NCBI RefSeq assembly: GCF_001194135.2 | Contig: NC_068994.1 | Coordinates: 37,554,549 to 37,618,548, forward strand | DNA: 64,000 nt | Direction of reading: 5' to 3' | Source: Octopus bimaculoides | Lineage: Eukaryota | In this document: piece by piece, positions 1 through 10,670 of the stretch | Position numbering within the stretch: the stretch's first letter is position 1 | How the letters are laid out: every line of letters begins with the position of its first letter | The notes under the pieces: model-generated | What the model was told of the DNA's origin: nothing | Database searches by the model: none | Seen by the model: the letters and a program-made list of their open reading frames with translations, nothing else | Made by a program: the position numbers and the translations under genes

Positions 1-158
1 TATATATAGGCTTCCACATTGTTTGCGTCAACCAAATTCACTTACAAGGCATTGGTTCCTGGGCTATTGTAGAAGACACTTACCCAAGTGCCACATAGTG
101 GGACTGAACTTGAGACCATGTGGCAGCAAAGTGGGGTTCTTAACCTTACAACCATGAT
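1..158 (-). mobile_element. SINE family A, 5' part (diverged)
   Basis: Reverse complement matches the family-A head and core (CACTATGTGGCACTTGGGTAAGTGTCTTCTACAATAGCC). Confidence 0.7.
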
Positions 159-434
159 GCTAGTCAGCAGAAAGAACACTACTCATGATCCCTTACAACT
201 CCCTACTACTGTCAAAAAAAAAAAAAGAAAGAAAATAAACAGTTGGTGAAATGGAAGAAGGAAGGTATTTCCAAACCTAAGAGTTGGCCTGAATGCTTTC
301 AACAAACTAGATACCGCTGAAGGTGTCTAAGGGCCAGGTGGTCATGGTGTTAAACTGAATGACAGGTTGAGTCTATTGCTCAAGCTGGGATTTAAACTTG
401 AAGTAAATATCACAGGATATTCCATCTAATCAGT

Positions 435-781
435 GAAGGCAGAAGGCTCAGTGATTAGAGCATCGGGCTCACATTCACGAGGTTGTGAGTTTGATCCTTG
501 ACTGGGATGTGTGTTGTGCTCTTGAGCAAGACACTTTATTTCATGTTACTCTACTTCACTCAACTGTAGAAATGAGTTGCAATGTCACTGGTGCCAAACT
601 GTACTGGCCTTTGCCTTTACTTTGGTTGACGTCTGTGGCATGGAGAGGGGAGGATGGTATGCATGGGCGACTGCTGGTCTTCCATAAACAATCTTGCCTG
701 GACTTGTGTCTCGAAGGAGAGCTTTCTAGGTGCAATCCCATGGTCATCCATGACCGAAGGGGGTCTTTACTCTTACCTTAT
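435..781 (+). mobile_element. SINE family D, near full length
   Basis: tRNA-like head (GCTCAGTGATTAGAGC...GAGTTTGATCC), central CTTGAGCAAGACACTTTATTTCA...CACTCAACTGTAGAAATGAGT, tail CCATGGTCATCCATGACCGAAGGGGGTCTTTAC. A second copy lies at 46745-47090 (-). Confidence 0.8.
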
Positions 782-984
782 TTCATCTAAAGTCTAACAC
801 TTCTGCTAGTCTGTCACCCATGACTGGCATGTCATCAATCCTAAAAGGACAAAAGCTAAAGTTGAGCTCAGAAGGATTTTGTCTCAGAAAGCAAGAGGGT
901 GGAATAAATACCACCAGGTATTTCTTCTGATGTCCTATCAACTCTTCCAGTTTGTTACCTAATTGTATTCTTGGAATGAATGTT

Positions 985-1255
985 TGTTTAATTCACTACA
1001 CTGCTTTTGCAAACTGCAGCGAAAATGGCTTTTTGTAGTTCAGTCATGTCCTAAACATTTCAATTGCTTTTAAATATTTGTTAAGTTCTAGATACTTCTA
1101 AAATGATGGAATGGTTATGACTGGAATGCTTTTCATTAGGATTGACCTGGGGCTAAATAACAACATACAAAACACGGATGTTTGCTCCTTAACTCAAGCA
1201 ATCAAATAAGGCCCTCATGGTGTCTAATTTCACCACAAGATTTAATAACTATATA
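985..1255. repeat. Old dispersed/local duplicate, copy 1 (pairs with 3305-3576)
   Basis: Colinear similarity such as TTTAATTCACT..GCAAACT..GAAAA(T/C)GGCTTTT, GTTCTAGATA, TTAGGATTGA and A(T/C)GTT(T/C)GCT. It includes a repeat tail also seen at 30660-30765. Confidence 0.6.
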
Positions 1256-1751
1256 TGGGCCCTTCAGTTTTTGATGGAGCCATGAATGTGCTGTTGCGAA
1301 ATACAGCCTCTGGGAATACCTTTAGACATATTGGACCACTTCTCCCCAGGTGTGAGTGTATCAATTTCTTCTAGTCAGAAAGACAGACAAAACAGAATAA
1401 TACATAATAAATAAACGAAAAAGAGAAGAATTGACTGGACCTCTGTACAGGACTGGTACTTTATGTATTAACCTGAAAGAATGAAAAACAAAACCGACCT
1501 CAGCAATATTTGAACTCAGAGCAATCAACCAGAATACAGCAAAGCAATCTATCAGGCACTACAACCATGCTGCCAATTGGCTGTCGCTGCTAATGTGTTA
1601 TATAGGATATAACAGGATCAACATACAGAGCCTCATGTTAATATCTTATCTATGTAGTTTACTTCTTGGCACCCTCCATCAATCATACACCTGACATGTA
1701 ATACCATAACTAAATACATGTAATATCATAACTAAAACAAAACTTTTAAGG

Positions 1752-2132
1752 TGTGTCTGTGTGGTAAGAAGTTTGTTTCTCAACCGCATAGTTCCAAGTT
1801 CAGTCCCATTGCATGGCACCTTGGGCAAGTGTCTTCTGCTATAGCTTCAGGTTGACTAAAGCTTTTGAGTGGATTTGGTAGACAAAAACTTTAAAAGGCC
1901 AGTAACACACACACACACACACATAAATGTGTGTCCATGTCCTTGCGTCTGTTTGTCCCCCATCACTGCTTGACAACCAATCTTGGTGTGTTTACATCCC
2001 TATTACATAGCAGTTCAGCAAAAGTGAGCAATAAAAAAGTAAAAGAATACTGGGGCTAGTTCATAAAAATTCATCAAGGCAAGGCCCCAGCATGGCCATA
2101 GTCTAATGACTAAAACAAGTAAAAGAAATAAA
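1752..2132 (+). mobile_element. SINE family A (diverged, full length)
   Basis: Head TGTGGTAAGAAG...GTTCAGTCCC, core CCTTGGGCAAGTGTCTT, central (CA)n, tail CCAGCATGGCCATAGTCTAATGACTAAAACAAGTAAAAGA. Confidence 0.85.
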
Positions 2133-2171
2133 AATTCCAGATTATTTCTAAAAGAAAAAAATATTTAAAAA

Positions 2172-2585
2172 ATGTGGTGTCAGGTTCAGGACCACTGCAT
2201 GGCAACATGAGTAAGTGTTGACCAATAGCCCCAAGTTGACCAATGCCTTGTGAGTAAATTTGGTAGAGAGAAACTGTGGAAGTCTTTTGTGTGTGTGTGT
2301 GTGTGTGCGAGCATGAATGCACGCACGTACTAGCATGTGTGTGCTTTATGTTTGTTTGTACTGTTGCTGAAAACTAGTGTTAGTTTATTTACGTCCACCT
2401 AACTTTGTGGTTCAGCAATAGAGATCTGTAGAATAAGTACCAAACTTTAAAAAAAAAAAAAATAAATAAATAAAATAAAAATAAGTACCAGGATCGATTT
2501 CTTCCATGAAAGTCTCCAAGGTGGTTCCCATCATGGACGCAGGCCGCAGTCAAATGGCAGAAATTAATAAAGATATAATAACTCT
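2172..2585 (+). mobile_element. SINE family A (diverged)
   Basis: Same head, core and tail motifs with a central (TG)n. Confidence 0.7.
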
Positions 2586-2711
2586 TCGAAAGAATTTTGA
2601 AATGTTTGAATAAATACAACTCTTTGTAATCGACCTTTTTTTTTTTATATATTTCTACAAAATCCAGTATTTTTCCTGGTAAGCCAGTCTCTTTTCTTTT
2701 AACCTTTTTAT

Positions 2712-2880
2712 TATAGGCGCAAGGCCTGAAATTCTGGAGGAGGGGGCTAGTCAATCACATCGATTTCAGTATTCAGCTGGTACTTATTTTATCGACCTCG
2801 AAAGGATGGAACGCAAAGTCAACCTCGGTCGAATTTGAACTTAGAGCGTAAAGCCAGAAGAAATGCCTCTACACTTACCA
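2712..2880 (-). mobile_element. SINE family B
   Basis: Reverse complement has B-box-like AGTTCAAATTC, then GAGGTTGACTTTGC, GTCGATAAAATAAGTACCAG and tail TTTCAGGCCTTGCGCCTATAATAA. Confidence 0.8.
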
Positions 2881-3304
2881 CTACGCTCGAATACTGCAGA
2901 ATGTTCTTACCTGAAAGGGGTTAATTTGAGAGTCAGGTGTTTTGTTCTTTGAAACAGTTACAGGTGAGGCAAATTGTCTCGTATTCTGTTTATAGTCCAG
3001 GAACATGAACACTTACCTACCTCACCATACTGTCTACATTCACATGTGTTTTCAATAATTTAATACGAAGTATATACCGAACACACACACACATTGATAT
3101 GAAATGAAATCATCTGTGAACACAACAGATATATAAGCCAATAAGGAAGCCGCTATGTGGCTGTTCTGCTAGAAATAGCAGCTCGATAACTCACATATCA
3201 CAGTTTACTGTCTTAAAATTTGCAATTTTAGATACGTAGGAGGCACATTTAGACCAGTTCAAATATGCTTAAGACATATTTGAAAGGTAAAAATGATCTA
3301 AGTG

Positions 3305-3576
3305 TTTAATTCACTGCATTGTTTCTGCAAACTACAGTGAAAACGGCTTTTTTTCTTTTTTTACTGGTCATCATCCTAAACATGTTTGAACTTTTCCAAA
3401 AGTATGTTTAGTTCTAGATATTTAAAAAAAGACGGGATGGTCATAATTTGAATGCCTTTCGTTAGGATTGATCCCTGGCTAAGCAACATCTTATATACGT
3501 TTATACAACGACACACGCACGTTCGCTACTCAATTCAAGCTATCGATCGATAAACGAGACTTAATAGCTACATATG
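3305..3576. repeat. Old dispersed/local duplicate, copy 2 (pairs with 985-1255)
   Basis: See copy 1. This copy keeps CpG at most positions where copy 1 has TpG or CpA. Confidence 0.6.
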
Positions 3577-4058
3577 ACTGTGCTGGTGTATATTTATTCT
3601 TAAAGCAGGCCATAATGGTATTCTAGTAAATATTATCAGACCGGCAACTGTGTACCATTATGCAAAGGAATTTACTCAAAAGTAATATACTTGTTTACAT
3701 TTTAATAAATATCTTTCGGCCCTATTATCATAGGAAGAAGTGGTGAAGAAATTCAAATGAATTATTTAACCATAATGATACCCGTTTGCTACTCCAAAGT
3801 TGGCGAAAATACCCACGTGTGCATAATACTACGACGAGAATAATAAATACATATGGAGAGGAATCTATGTGTATTTATATAGCTACACTGTCATATGCGT
3901 GTCGAGATAGATAGGTTAGTAGGTAGATAGATAGAAATATATAGCTCTAGGCACCATGTGTGTGGATGTTTGGTCAAGCACTCTTAAAGCTAAGTCTATA
4001 CATTGATGTGTTCTCATATTGATAAAACAACTGAGTAAGGAAATACAAGAAACATAAC

Positions 4059-4379
4059 CATCAACAGGGTATGTATGTATGTATGTATGTATGTATTATG
4101 TATGTATGTATTATGTATGTATGTGTGTGTATGTGGCAGAGCATTGTGTCCTTGAGGAAGACACTTTAGTTCACATTGTTCCAATCCACTCAGGTGGCAA
4201 AAATGAGTAGTATTTGTGTTTCAAAGAGTAAGCTTTGTCACATTCTTTGACACATTGAATCTCCCTGAGAACTACATTGAGGGTATGCATGTCTGTGGAG
4301 TGCTCAGCCACCTTCACGTTAATTTCACGAGCAGGTTGTTCCATTGATCAGATCAACTGGAACCCTGGTCATCGTAACC
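4059..4379. repeat. Near-identical ~320-bp duplicate of 6282-6594 ((TATG)n plus 5'-truncated SINE E)
   Basis: Only two substitutions seen in the SINE part (GCAGAGC/GCAGCGC, CTGAGAAC/CTGGGAAC), plus an 8-bp difference in the TATG array. Confidence 0.9.
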
Positions 4380-4400
4380 ACATTTGTAGAGCATAGACGT

Positions 4401-4754
4401 TGTTGTTGGCACTCCGTCGCTTACGACGTCGAGAGTTCCAGTTGATCCGACCGACGGAACAGCCTGCTCCTGAAATTAACATGCAAGTGGCTGAGCACTC
4501 CACAGACACGTGTACCCTTAACGTAGTTCTCGGAGATATTCAGCATGACACAGTGTGACAAGGCTCGCCCTTTGAAATACAGGTACAACAGAAACAGGAA
4601 GAAAGAGTGAGAGAAAGTTGTGGTGAAAGAGTACAGCAGGGTTCGCCACCATACCCTGCCGGAGCCTCGTGGAGCTTAAGGTGTTTTCGCTCAATAAACA
4701 CTCACAACATCCGGTCTGGGAATCGAAATCGCGATTGGGCCATTGCGCCTCTAC
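4401..4754 (-). mobile_element. Young SINE with family-E tail and a different head/body, 13-bp TSD
   Basis: TSD AGAGCATAGACGT at 4388-4400 and 4755-4767. CpGs are intact. Tail reads ...GGATCAACTGGAACTCTCGACGTCGTAAGCGACGGAGTGCCAACAAC. The head has A-box-like TGGCCCA only ~8 nt from B-box-like TTTCGATTCCC, implying an internal deletion. Confidence 0.85.
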
Positions 4755-4855
4755 AGAGCATAGACGTACGCATTTACATAAACAAATTCGTTGCTCCATT
4801 ATAAACATTCACAATTATGTTTCTATCAGTGTATGCATGTATGTATGTATGTATG

Positions 4856-6135
4856 TCATTGTTCAATTTTATTTCAAGATTTCTTGCCAATAGAGAAAGA
4901 GTCGGTTTTTAACCAAGATCCACGGCGGATCTTTTTTGAAAAAAGCAAATAAAACGAAGCTATGGCTTAATCAGCCAAAGGAGTAAATATAAACAACTGA
5001 ATACTTGTCAGTGATTGGTTGAAATTATCGAAATAAGACAATTTTTTACATGAAATAAATTCGAATACAAAAATATTTTTCTGTTCTATAACACAAAATA
5101 GATAAGTATACGAAGTTTGAAAGTCTTTCGGTACCAAAAACACTACGTAAAACATTAATGAAAAATGTGGCCCCCCCATTTTAAAAAAGATCCTCCACGG
5201 CTCCTTCATTGGAATTTCAACATCAACAACTGAGTATTTTATGTGTGCAGATTTGTATGTTTTGCTTTATGCATGTATTCACATGCATATAGTTGCATAT
5301 CTAAACATGCTCATATATATTTAGATGGTAAACTCCTGGAAAGTTTTCCAATGATAGATTGGATCTGTAGTCTTCAAATTAGCTTTCTCCTTTTTGGTTT
5401 TGAGAAACCTAATTTCTCAAGATTGGTATTTAGGCAGTGTGTTACATATTCCAGGGCCCCAGTAATTACAGGTATAAACCTGAACGTATAATCTGGATAG
5501 AGTAACTGCAGATTTCTCAATAGTTCAGCGTAGATATTCTCTTTTTCACTGATCTTCAGCTTTATGTTAACATCCGTTGGGCAGCTAATTTCCACAACTA
5601 TGCACATTTTCTCTTCTCTATCCCAAACCATTATATTAGATCTGTTGTGCTTACATTTTATTGAGGTCTTTGCTGGGATATTCCACGAGCACTCCTTTTT
5701 ATTATGAGTGGCTATGAATTCTACCATACTATGGGTTCTTATTTCTTTGTTCTCGGGCTAATCCTTCAGTTGGATTTCATTATAGAGTGTCCTGTAGAGT
5801 GTCCTGTCTCATCAGTAGATAATACTGCGATGACATTTTCAGACAACTGCTTATGATGTGGGGGATATTTTCGGTGTTAACTCCACAAAGTCTACATTGG
5901 TTGTCACATTTTATTGCTTTTCCTGCATCTCTATCCCTTTTATGAATCAGATACTTGATTGATATTTCTTGTTCCTGGATTGAAAATGCATATCCTTCAA
6001 AGTAGGAGGTAGTAATCCGGCTATTAGTAAATGATAGACTGCTTTGATGATCAATGTTACTATCATCTCGGAGCTTTCTACTGACATATCCATACATAGT
6101 TTTCTGCTCATATAGGCTCATCCTTTCATGTATTC
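4856..6135 (-). mobile_element. 5'-truncated R4/Dong-like non-LTR retrotransposon (restriction-like endonuclease)
   Basis: ORF 5780-6121 carries a CCHC knuckle CRLCGVNTENIPHIISSC preceded by EGYAFSIQEQ. ORF 5374-5727 carries decayed RLE motifs (HNRSNIMVWDREEKMCIVVEISCP, EKENIY, IPVITGAL). The 3' UTR ends GAAATAAAATTGAACAATGA followed by (CATA)n. Confidence 0.85.
4927..5193. mobile_element. MITE with 11-bp TIR and 8-bp TSD, inserted in the R4-like 3' UTR
   Basis: TIRs GGATCTTTTTT (4927-4937) and AAAAAAGATCC (5183-5193). Perfect TSD TCCACGGC at 4919-4926 and 5194-5201. Confidence 0.85.
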
Positions 6136-6195
6136 ACGTACATATGTATGCATGCATGTATGTATGTATTATGTATGTATGTAAGTATGTATGTC

Positions 6196-6293
6196 TTTAT
6201 TCAGTTTTATTTCAAGATTTCTTGTCAATAAAAAGAGTCGATTTCTAACCTAGGTCCAGGGCTCCTTCATTGGAATTTCAACATCAACAGGGT
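6196..6293 (-). mobile_element. Second, 3'-UTR-only copy of the R4-like element
   Basis: Matches 4858-4925 joined to 5194-5230 (without the MITE). Flanked by (TATG)n on both sides. Confidence 0.8.
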
Positions 6294-6594
6294 ATGTATG
6301 TATGTATGTATTATGTATGTATGTATTATGTATGTATGTGTGTGTATGTGGCAGCGCATTGTGTCCTTGAGGAAGACACTTTAGTTCACATTGTTCCAAT
6401 CCACTCAGGTGGCAAAAATGAGTAGTATTTGTGTTTCAAAGAGTAAGCTTTGTCACATTCTTTGACACATTGAATCTCCCTGGGAACTACATTGAGGGTA
6501 TGCATGTCTGTGGAGTGCTCAGCCACCTTCACGTTAATTTCACGAGCAGGTTGTTCCATTGATCAGATCAACTGGAACCCTGGTCATCGTAACC
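6282..6594. repeat. Near-identical duplicate of 4059-4379
   Basis: See 4059-4379. Confidence 0.9.
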
Positions 6595-6789
6595 GACAAA
6601 ATGCCTAATCCCTACTCATACATTTACTTTCCATTTTTTTGTTCTTTCTCCATCTTTTGTTTTAGCTGTCATCCCTTCCTGTCAGAGAGCATAGGCTTGA
6701 AATGTCAAACACTTTTCCACTCTTCCCAAGCATCAAGCTAATACACTTGCTTTGTCTTTTCTTTTCTATAAATTTGAACTATATATCAC

Positions 6790-7095
6790 CACCACCATCA
6801 TCATCATCATCATAATCATCATTTAACGTCCATTATTCATGCTAACATGGGTTGGACAGTTTGACCAGAGCTATTAAGCTGGGGAGTTGCGCCAGTCTCC
6901 AATCTAATTTGGCATGATTTTTATGGTTGGATGCCCTTTCTAATGCCCAACCACTTTACAGAGTGTGCTGGGTGCTTTAAGTGGCACTGCATAAGCACTT
7001 TTACGTGGCATGGCATGGGCACTTTTATGTGGCACTATATGGGCACTTTTACATGGCACCGCACGGATGATTTTCCATGATGCCACACAGGCATT
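6790..7095 (-). mobile_element. RTE-type 3'-tail repeat (family C)
   Basis: Reverse complement has TTAGAAAGGGCATCCAACC...CCAACCCATGTTAGCATGAA...GGACGTTAAA(TGA)n with tandem GCACTTTTA(C/T)GTGGCA subrepeats. Related copies at 12062-12240, 14312-14612, 26830-27010, 32640-33012 and 39775-40010. Confidence 0.7.
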
Positions 7096-7699
7096 GGAAT
7101 AAACACAAAACAAATTATTGATGTTCTGTGTGTTCCGCACACACATATATATATAGAGAGAGAAAATTACATTAATATTGAAACTCATAATTCAGTCAGC
7201 TGCATGTAAATTTATAAAAGGAATACTACAAAGGAAAAAAAAAGAAGAAAAATAAAGAGCACATTTAAACTCAAATAAGCAAAGTTAGTAGCATTGGTAA
7301 ATAACGAAACATTTCTATATTGACTCATAAGAGAAACAGATTTATATGGGAACATGCATTGAAACATAAACTTGTTAACACAGATACATAAAAATACTTT
7401 GACATCTATAGGACAGTATAAAGGTGGATTCTCTGCTGGTCTGGATGATAAGCATTCAGCTGTTTCACAAATCGAATTCCTACTTTTGAAATTAATGTGT
7501 AAGTGTCAGAGAATTCCACAGGCATGTGTACCCTTAACATAATTCTCATGGTGAATTGGCATGACACTGTGTTACAAAACGGTCATTTGAAGTACAGGGT
7601 ATAATCCAGAAAGAGAAAAGTAAAGACAGACAAGTAGAGAGAGAGAGAGAAAGAGAAACGAATTCTTATTTGAGGCAGATATCTAACTTCTTCGATCTT

Positions 7700-8088
7700 T
7701 TATCTTCTTTCATTCATTGGATTGTGACCATGCTGGGGCACCACTAAGAGTTTCAGGTGAACAACTGACTCCTGGTACTTATATTTCTATCAAGTTCTGC
7801 AACTTATTTTATTGGCCTCTATTGCTGAACAGTTAAGTTACAGGGGATATAAACAAACCAACACCAGTCATCAAACAGCAGTGGGGGCAACAACATAAAC
7901 ACACACATACACATATATATATGTATATACAATGGGTTTCCATACAGTTTTCATCTATCAAATTCATTCAAGATACAATTAGCAAATCCTGGGGCTATAG
8001 CAGAAGACACTTGCCCAAAGTGTCACACAGTGAAACTGAACCTGAAATCATGTATTTGCAAAACAAGCTTCTTAACCACACAGACTCA
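7700..8088 (-). mobile_element. SINE family A
   Basis: Reverse-strand tail (GACCATGCTGGGGCACC), central (CA)(TA) array and core AGAAGACACTTGCCCAAAG. Confidence 0.8.
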
Positions 8089-8312
8089 GAAAGAATAAAA
8101 GGCCAAGTTGACCTCAGTGGGATTCGAACTCGGAATGAGTGTAGAGAGCCAGAATTAATACTACAAAGTACTGCATCCAAAGCTCTAAAGATTCTGCTAA
8201 TTAGCTTCTTTATAGAAAAATATATTCTCATGTCCATGTGGCTTGTAAATCAATTAGTGGATTTGGAGGCAGTTTTATGTATAATATTGGTTAATAATAT
8301 TGGTCTTTGTTA

Positions 8313-8500
8313 AGGTGGCACGCAGGCAGAATTGTTAACACATCAGACAAAATGCTTAGCAACATTTCGTCTGTCTTTATGTTCTGAGGTAAAATTCTGC
8401 TGAGGCTGACTATACCGTTAATCTTTTGGGGTCGATAAAATAAGTATGAGTTGAGCACTGGGTTTGATGTTATTAACTTTCCCAAAATTTCAAGCCTTGT
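8313..8500 (+). mobile_element. SINE family B
   Basis: GGCAGAATTGTTAACAC...TTCTGAGG...GGGGTCGATAAAATAAG...CCCAAAATTTCAAGCCTTGTGCC. Confidence 0.75.
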
Positions 8501-8527
8501 GCCTAATGATTCTGCCAGTTCGCTACC

Positions 8528-8528
<1 letters not shown>

Positions 8529-8598
<70 letters not shown>
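8529..8598. repeat. (AAT)n microsatellite (SINE-B tail)
   Basis: About 23 perfect AAT units. Confidence 0.95.
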
Positions 8599-8800
8599 CC
8601 TTTCTATTATAGGCACAAGGCCTGAAACTTTGGGGAAGGGGTAAGTCAATCACATTGACCCAGTGCTCAACTGGTTCTTATTTATAGACCCCAAGGGATG
8701 AAGGGCAAGGTTGGTCTTGTTGGAATCTGAACTCAGAACATAAATATGGGTGAGATGCTGCAAAGTATTTTGTCTGGTGCATTAATGATTCTGCCAGCCA
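8598..8800 (-). mobile_element. SINE family B, inverted relative to 8313-8500
   Basis: CCTTTCTATTATAGGCACAAGGCCTGAAA...GAACTCAGAAC...ATGATTCTGCCAGC. Confidence 0.75.
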
Positions 8801-9254
8801 CCCCCCGACTTATTCTCTCCCCCAAATTTGTCAGCTTTGTGCCAATATTTGACACCAAATATCAAAGTAAAAACAACAGTATTTATAACCAGTATTTTAT
8901 ATCCTTACTGTAAAATAAAATAATGGCTGTTTGATTTAGGTACAAGATCAGTAATTTTGAAGAGCAGGAGTTAGTTGATAACATCAATCCCAGTGCATGG
9001 CTAATTCTGTATTGATTCCAGAAGAATGAAAGTCGAAGTTCAGTGTGGTGGGATTTGAACTCAGAGTTGACACAAACACTGTGAAATATCTTCCCAAATT
9101 CTAATGGCTCTGCCAGCTCATGTCACAAAAGAGAAAGATGGAGGGACATTAAAAGGATGAGTTGCAAAATGTGTAGTATTTACACTGAAATCAAATAGAT
9201 TTTTAAAAACTGATAGTATGCACAGTACGCACACACACATGCTCATAGGTCTAT

Positions 9255-9924
9255 GAAACATCATCTTGTGATGCACCTGGAAGTATCATCAGTGATGTTT
9301 TCAGTGGTTATTAGATATTTTGGGTCTTTCAACATTAGACATCTTCATCCAGGAGACTCTGCTAGGGTTGACCAAGACCCACCTTATATTCAATTAGTAC
9401 TACCCCTGGTTGCACTATCCCCACTATCTCAGGGTTCATTCTTCATGATCCACAGTTGCCTTCAAGCAATCTCTATTGCCTCCATAGTGAATCTGATGGC
9501 CTTCTGCTTACTGGCCTCTGTGATGCCAAGCATGTAGTAAGCTTTGCAATAAGACTGGCCAGCAAGTCCTTTGCAATTCACCTCATTGGGATCACACCTT
9601 GCCTAATGCCCATTGCTTTGGCATGTCTACATCAGCTCAACTTACTCCCTTCTCTTGCTATAATTTTCCCCTTGATGTCGTCCTACCAGGGAAATAGCAA
9701 GTTCTAACAGAACTACTTGCTTTAATCACTTCCGTAACCAGCCTTAGTGATGCTGAGATCACACACAGTTTCTGGAAACTTCAGCTGCTTCCCCAGGTCG
9801 TCTTTTAGCTCCCAGTCTTTTTACTGTCACAAGTAGACCTGAAGAGGCAGAGCTAGCAGCTGGTATCTTCTTCACACAAATCCTGAAAGGAGTGATTATC
9901 TTCTTCATTGAGCAAAGATGCTTG
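9255..9924 (-). mobile_element. HERO/NeSL-like RLE non-LTR retrotransposon, 3' fragment
   Basis: Minus-strand translation gives DWELKDDLGKQLKFPE and RCDPNEVNCKGLAGQSYCKAYYMLGITEASKQKAIRFTMEAIEIA*RQLWIMK, resembling the HERO-type endonuclease C-terminus (EVGCRGF...LGI...W). The 3' UTR has GGTCTTGGTCAACCC...GATGTTGAAAGACCC-like motifs. Confidence 0.75.
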
Positions 9925-9928
9925 TTAA

Positions 9929-10144
9929 CCCTTTAACATTCAACCTGGCCATATCCAGCCCATATATTCTACCTGTTTTATGTTGAAACCAGCCAGATCT
10001 GGCATCTCACACCTGCCCTACAATGTTATTCTAAAAGTAAACAATCACATCATCGAAAGCCAGAAGCTATGAGATGATACATGATTAATTCAAAGCAATA
10101 TGAATAGGCATTATATTTGACTGTGTAATCTGTATGCTAAAGGG
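9929..10144. mobile_element. piggyBac-type MITE
   Basis: TTAA at 9925-9928 and 10145-10148. TIRs CCCTTTAACATT and TATGCTAAAGGG (10/12 match). Confidence 0.75.
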
Positions 10145-10269
10145 TTAAATCAAATGAAGTCCCAAGAGGAGGCCCATGAATTGGATCCAATCAAAAATCT
10201 AGGATTACCCTGACTAATAAGGGTAAATGGTACTCATTATTGTTACCATTTACTTTACATGCACATTGT

Positions 10270-10670
10270 GAGAGTAAACCCATTTAGTACTTGATTTTAT
10301 TCAATCTACCCCAGAAGGTTAAGAGGTTAAGGTGACCTTGGTGGGAATTGAACTCTAGATGTAATTATCGTCACTAAACATAACACAAGGCATTTTTGTC
10401 TGATGCTCTAATGATTCTGTCAATCCCCTGCCCTTTCATGAGACTAAAATAATGGTTTCAAATTTTGGCACTAGGCCAGGAAGTTTGGGGAAAAATGGGT
10501 AAGTTGATTACATCAACACTAGTGTTCAACTGGTATTTATTTTATCAACCCTGAAAACATGAAAGGTACAGTTGATTCCAGTGCAATTTGAACTCAGATT
10601 TTAAAGACGGATGAAATGCCACTAAACATTTTGCCTGGCGTATTAACAGTTCTGCAAGCTTGCTGTCTTT
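10270..10670 (-). mobile_element. Two tandem diverged SINE-B copies
   Basis: Repeated GAATTTGAACTC/GAATTGAACTC and ATGATTCTG/CAGTTCTGC motifs at ~10270-10435 and ~10452-10670. Confidence 0.65.

Larger units (their letters stand above)
2500..5200. promoter_or_regulatory. CpG-retaining domain, candidate promoter region
   Basis: By-eye count of ~18 CpG in 3421-3900 versus ~4 in 961-1440. Diverged repeats here keep their CpGs. Clustered minus-strand splice donors at 3026, 3017 and 2911. Confidence 0.3.
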
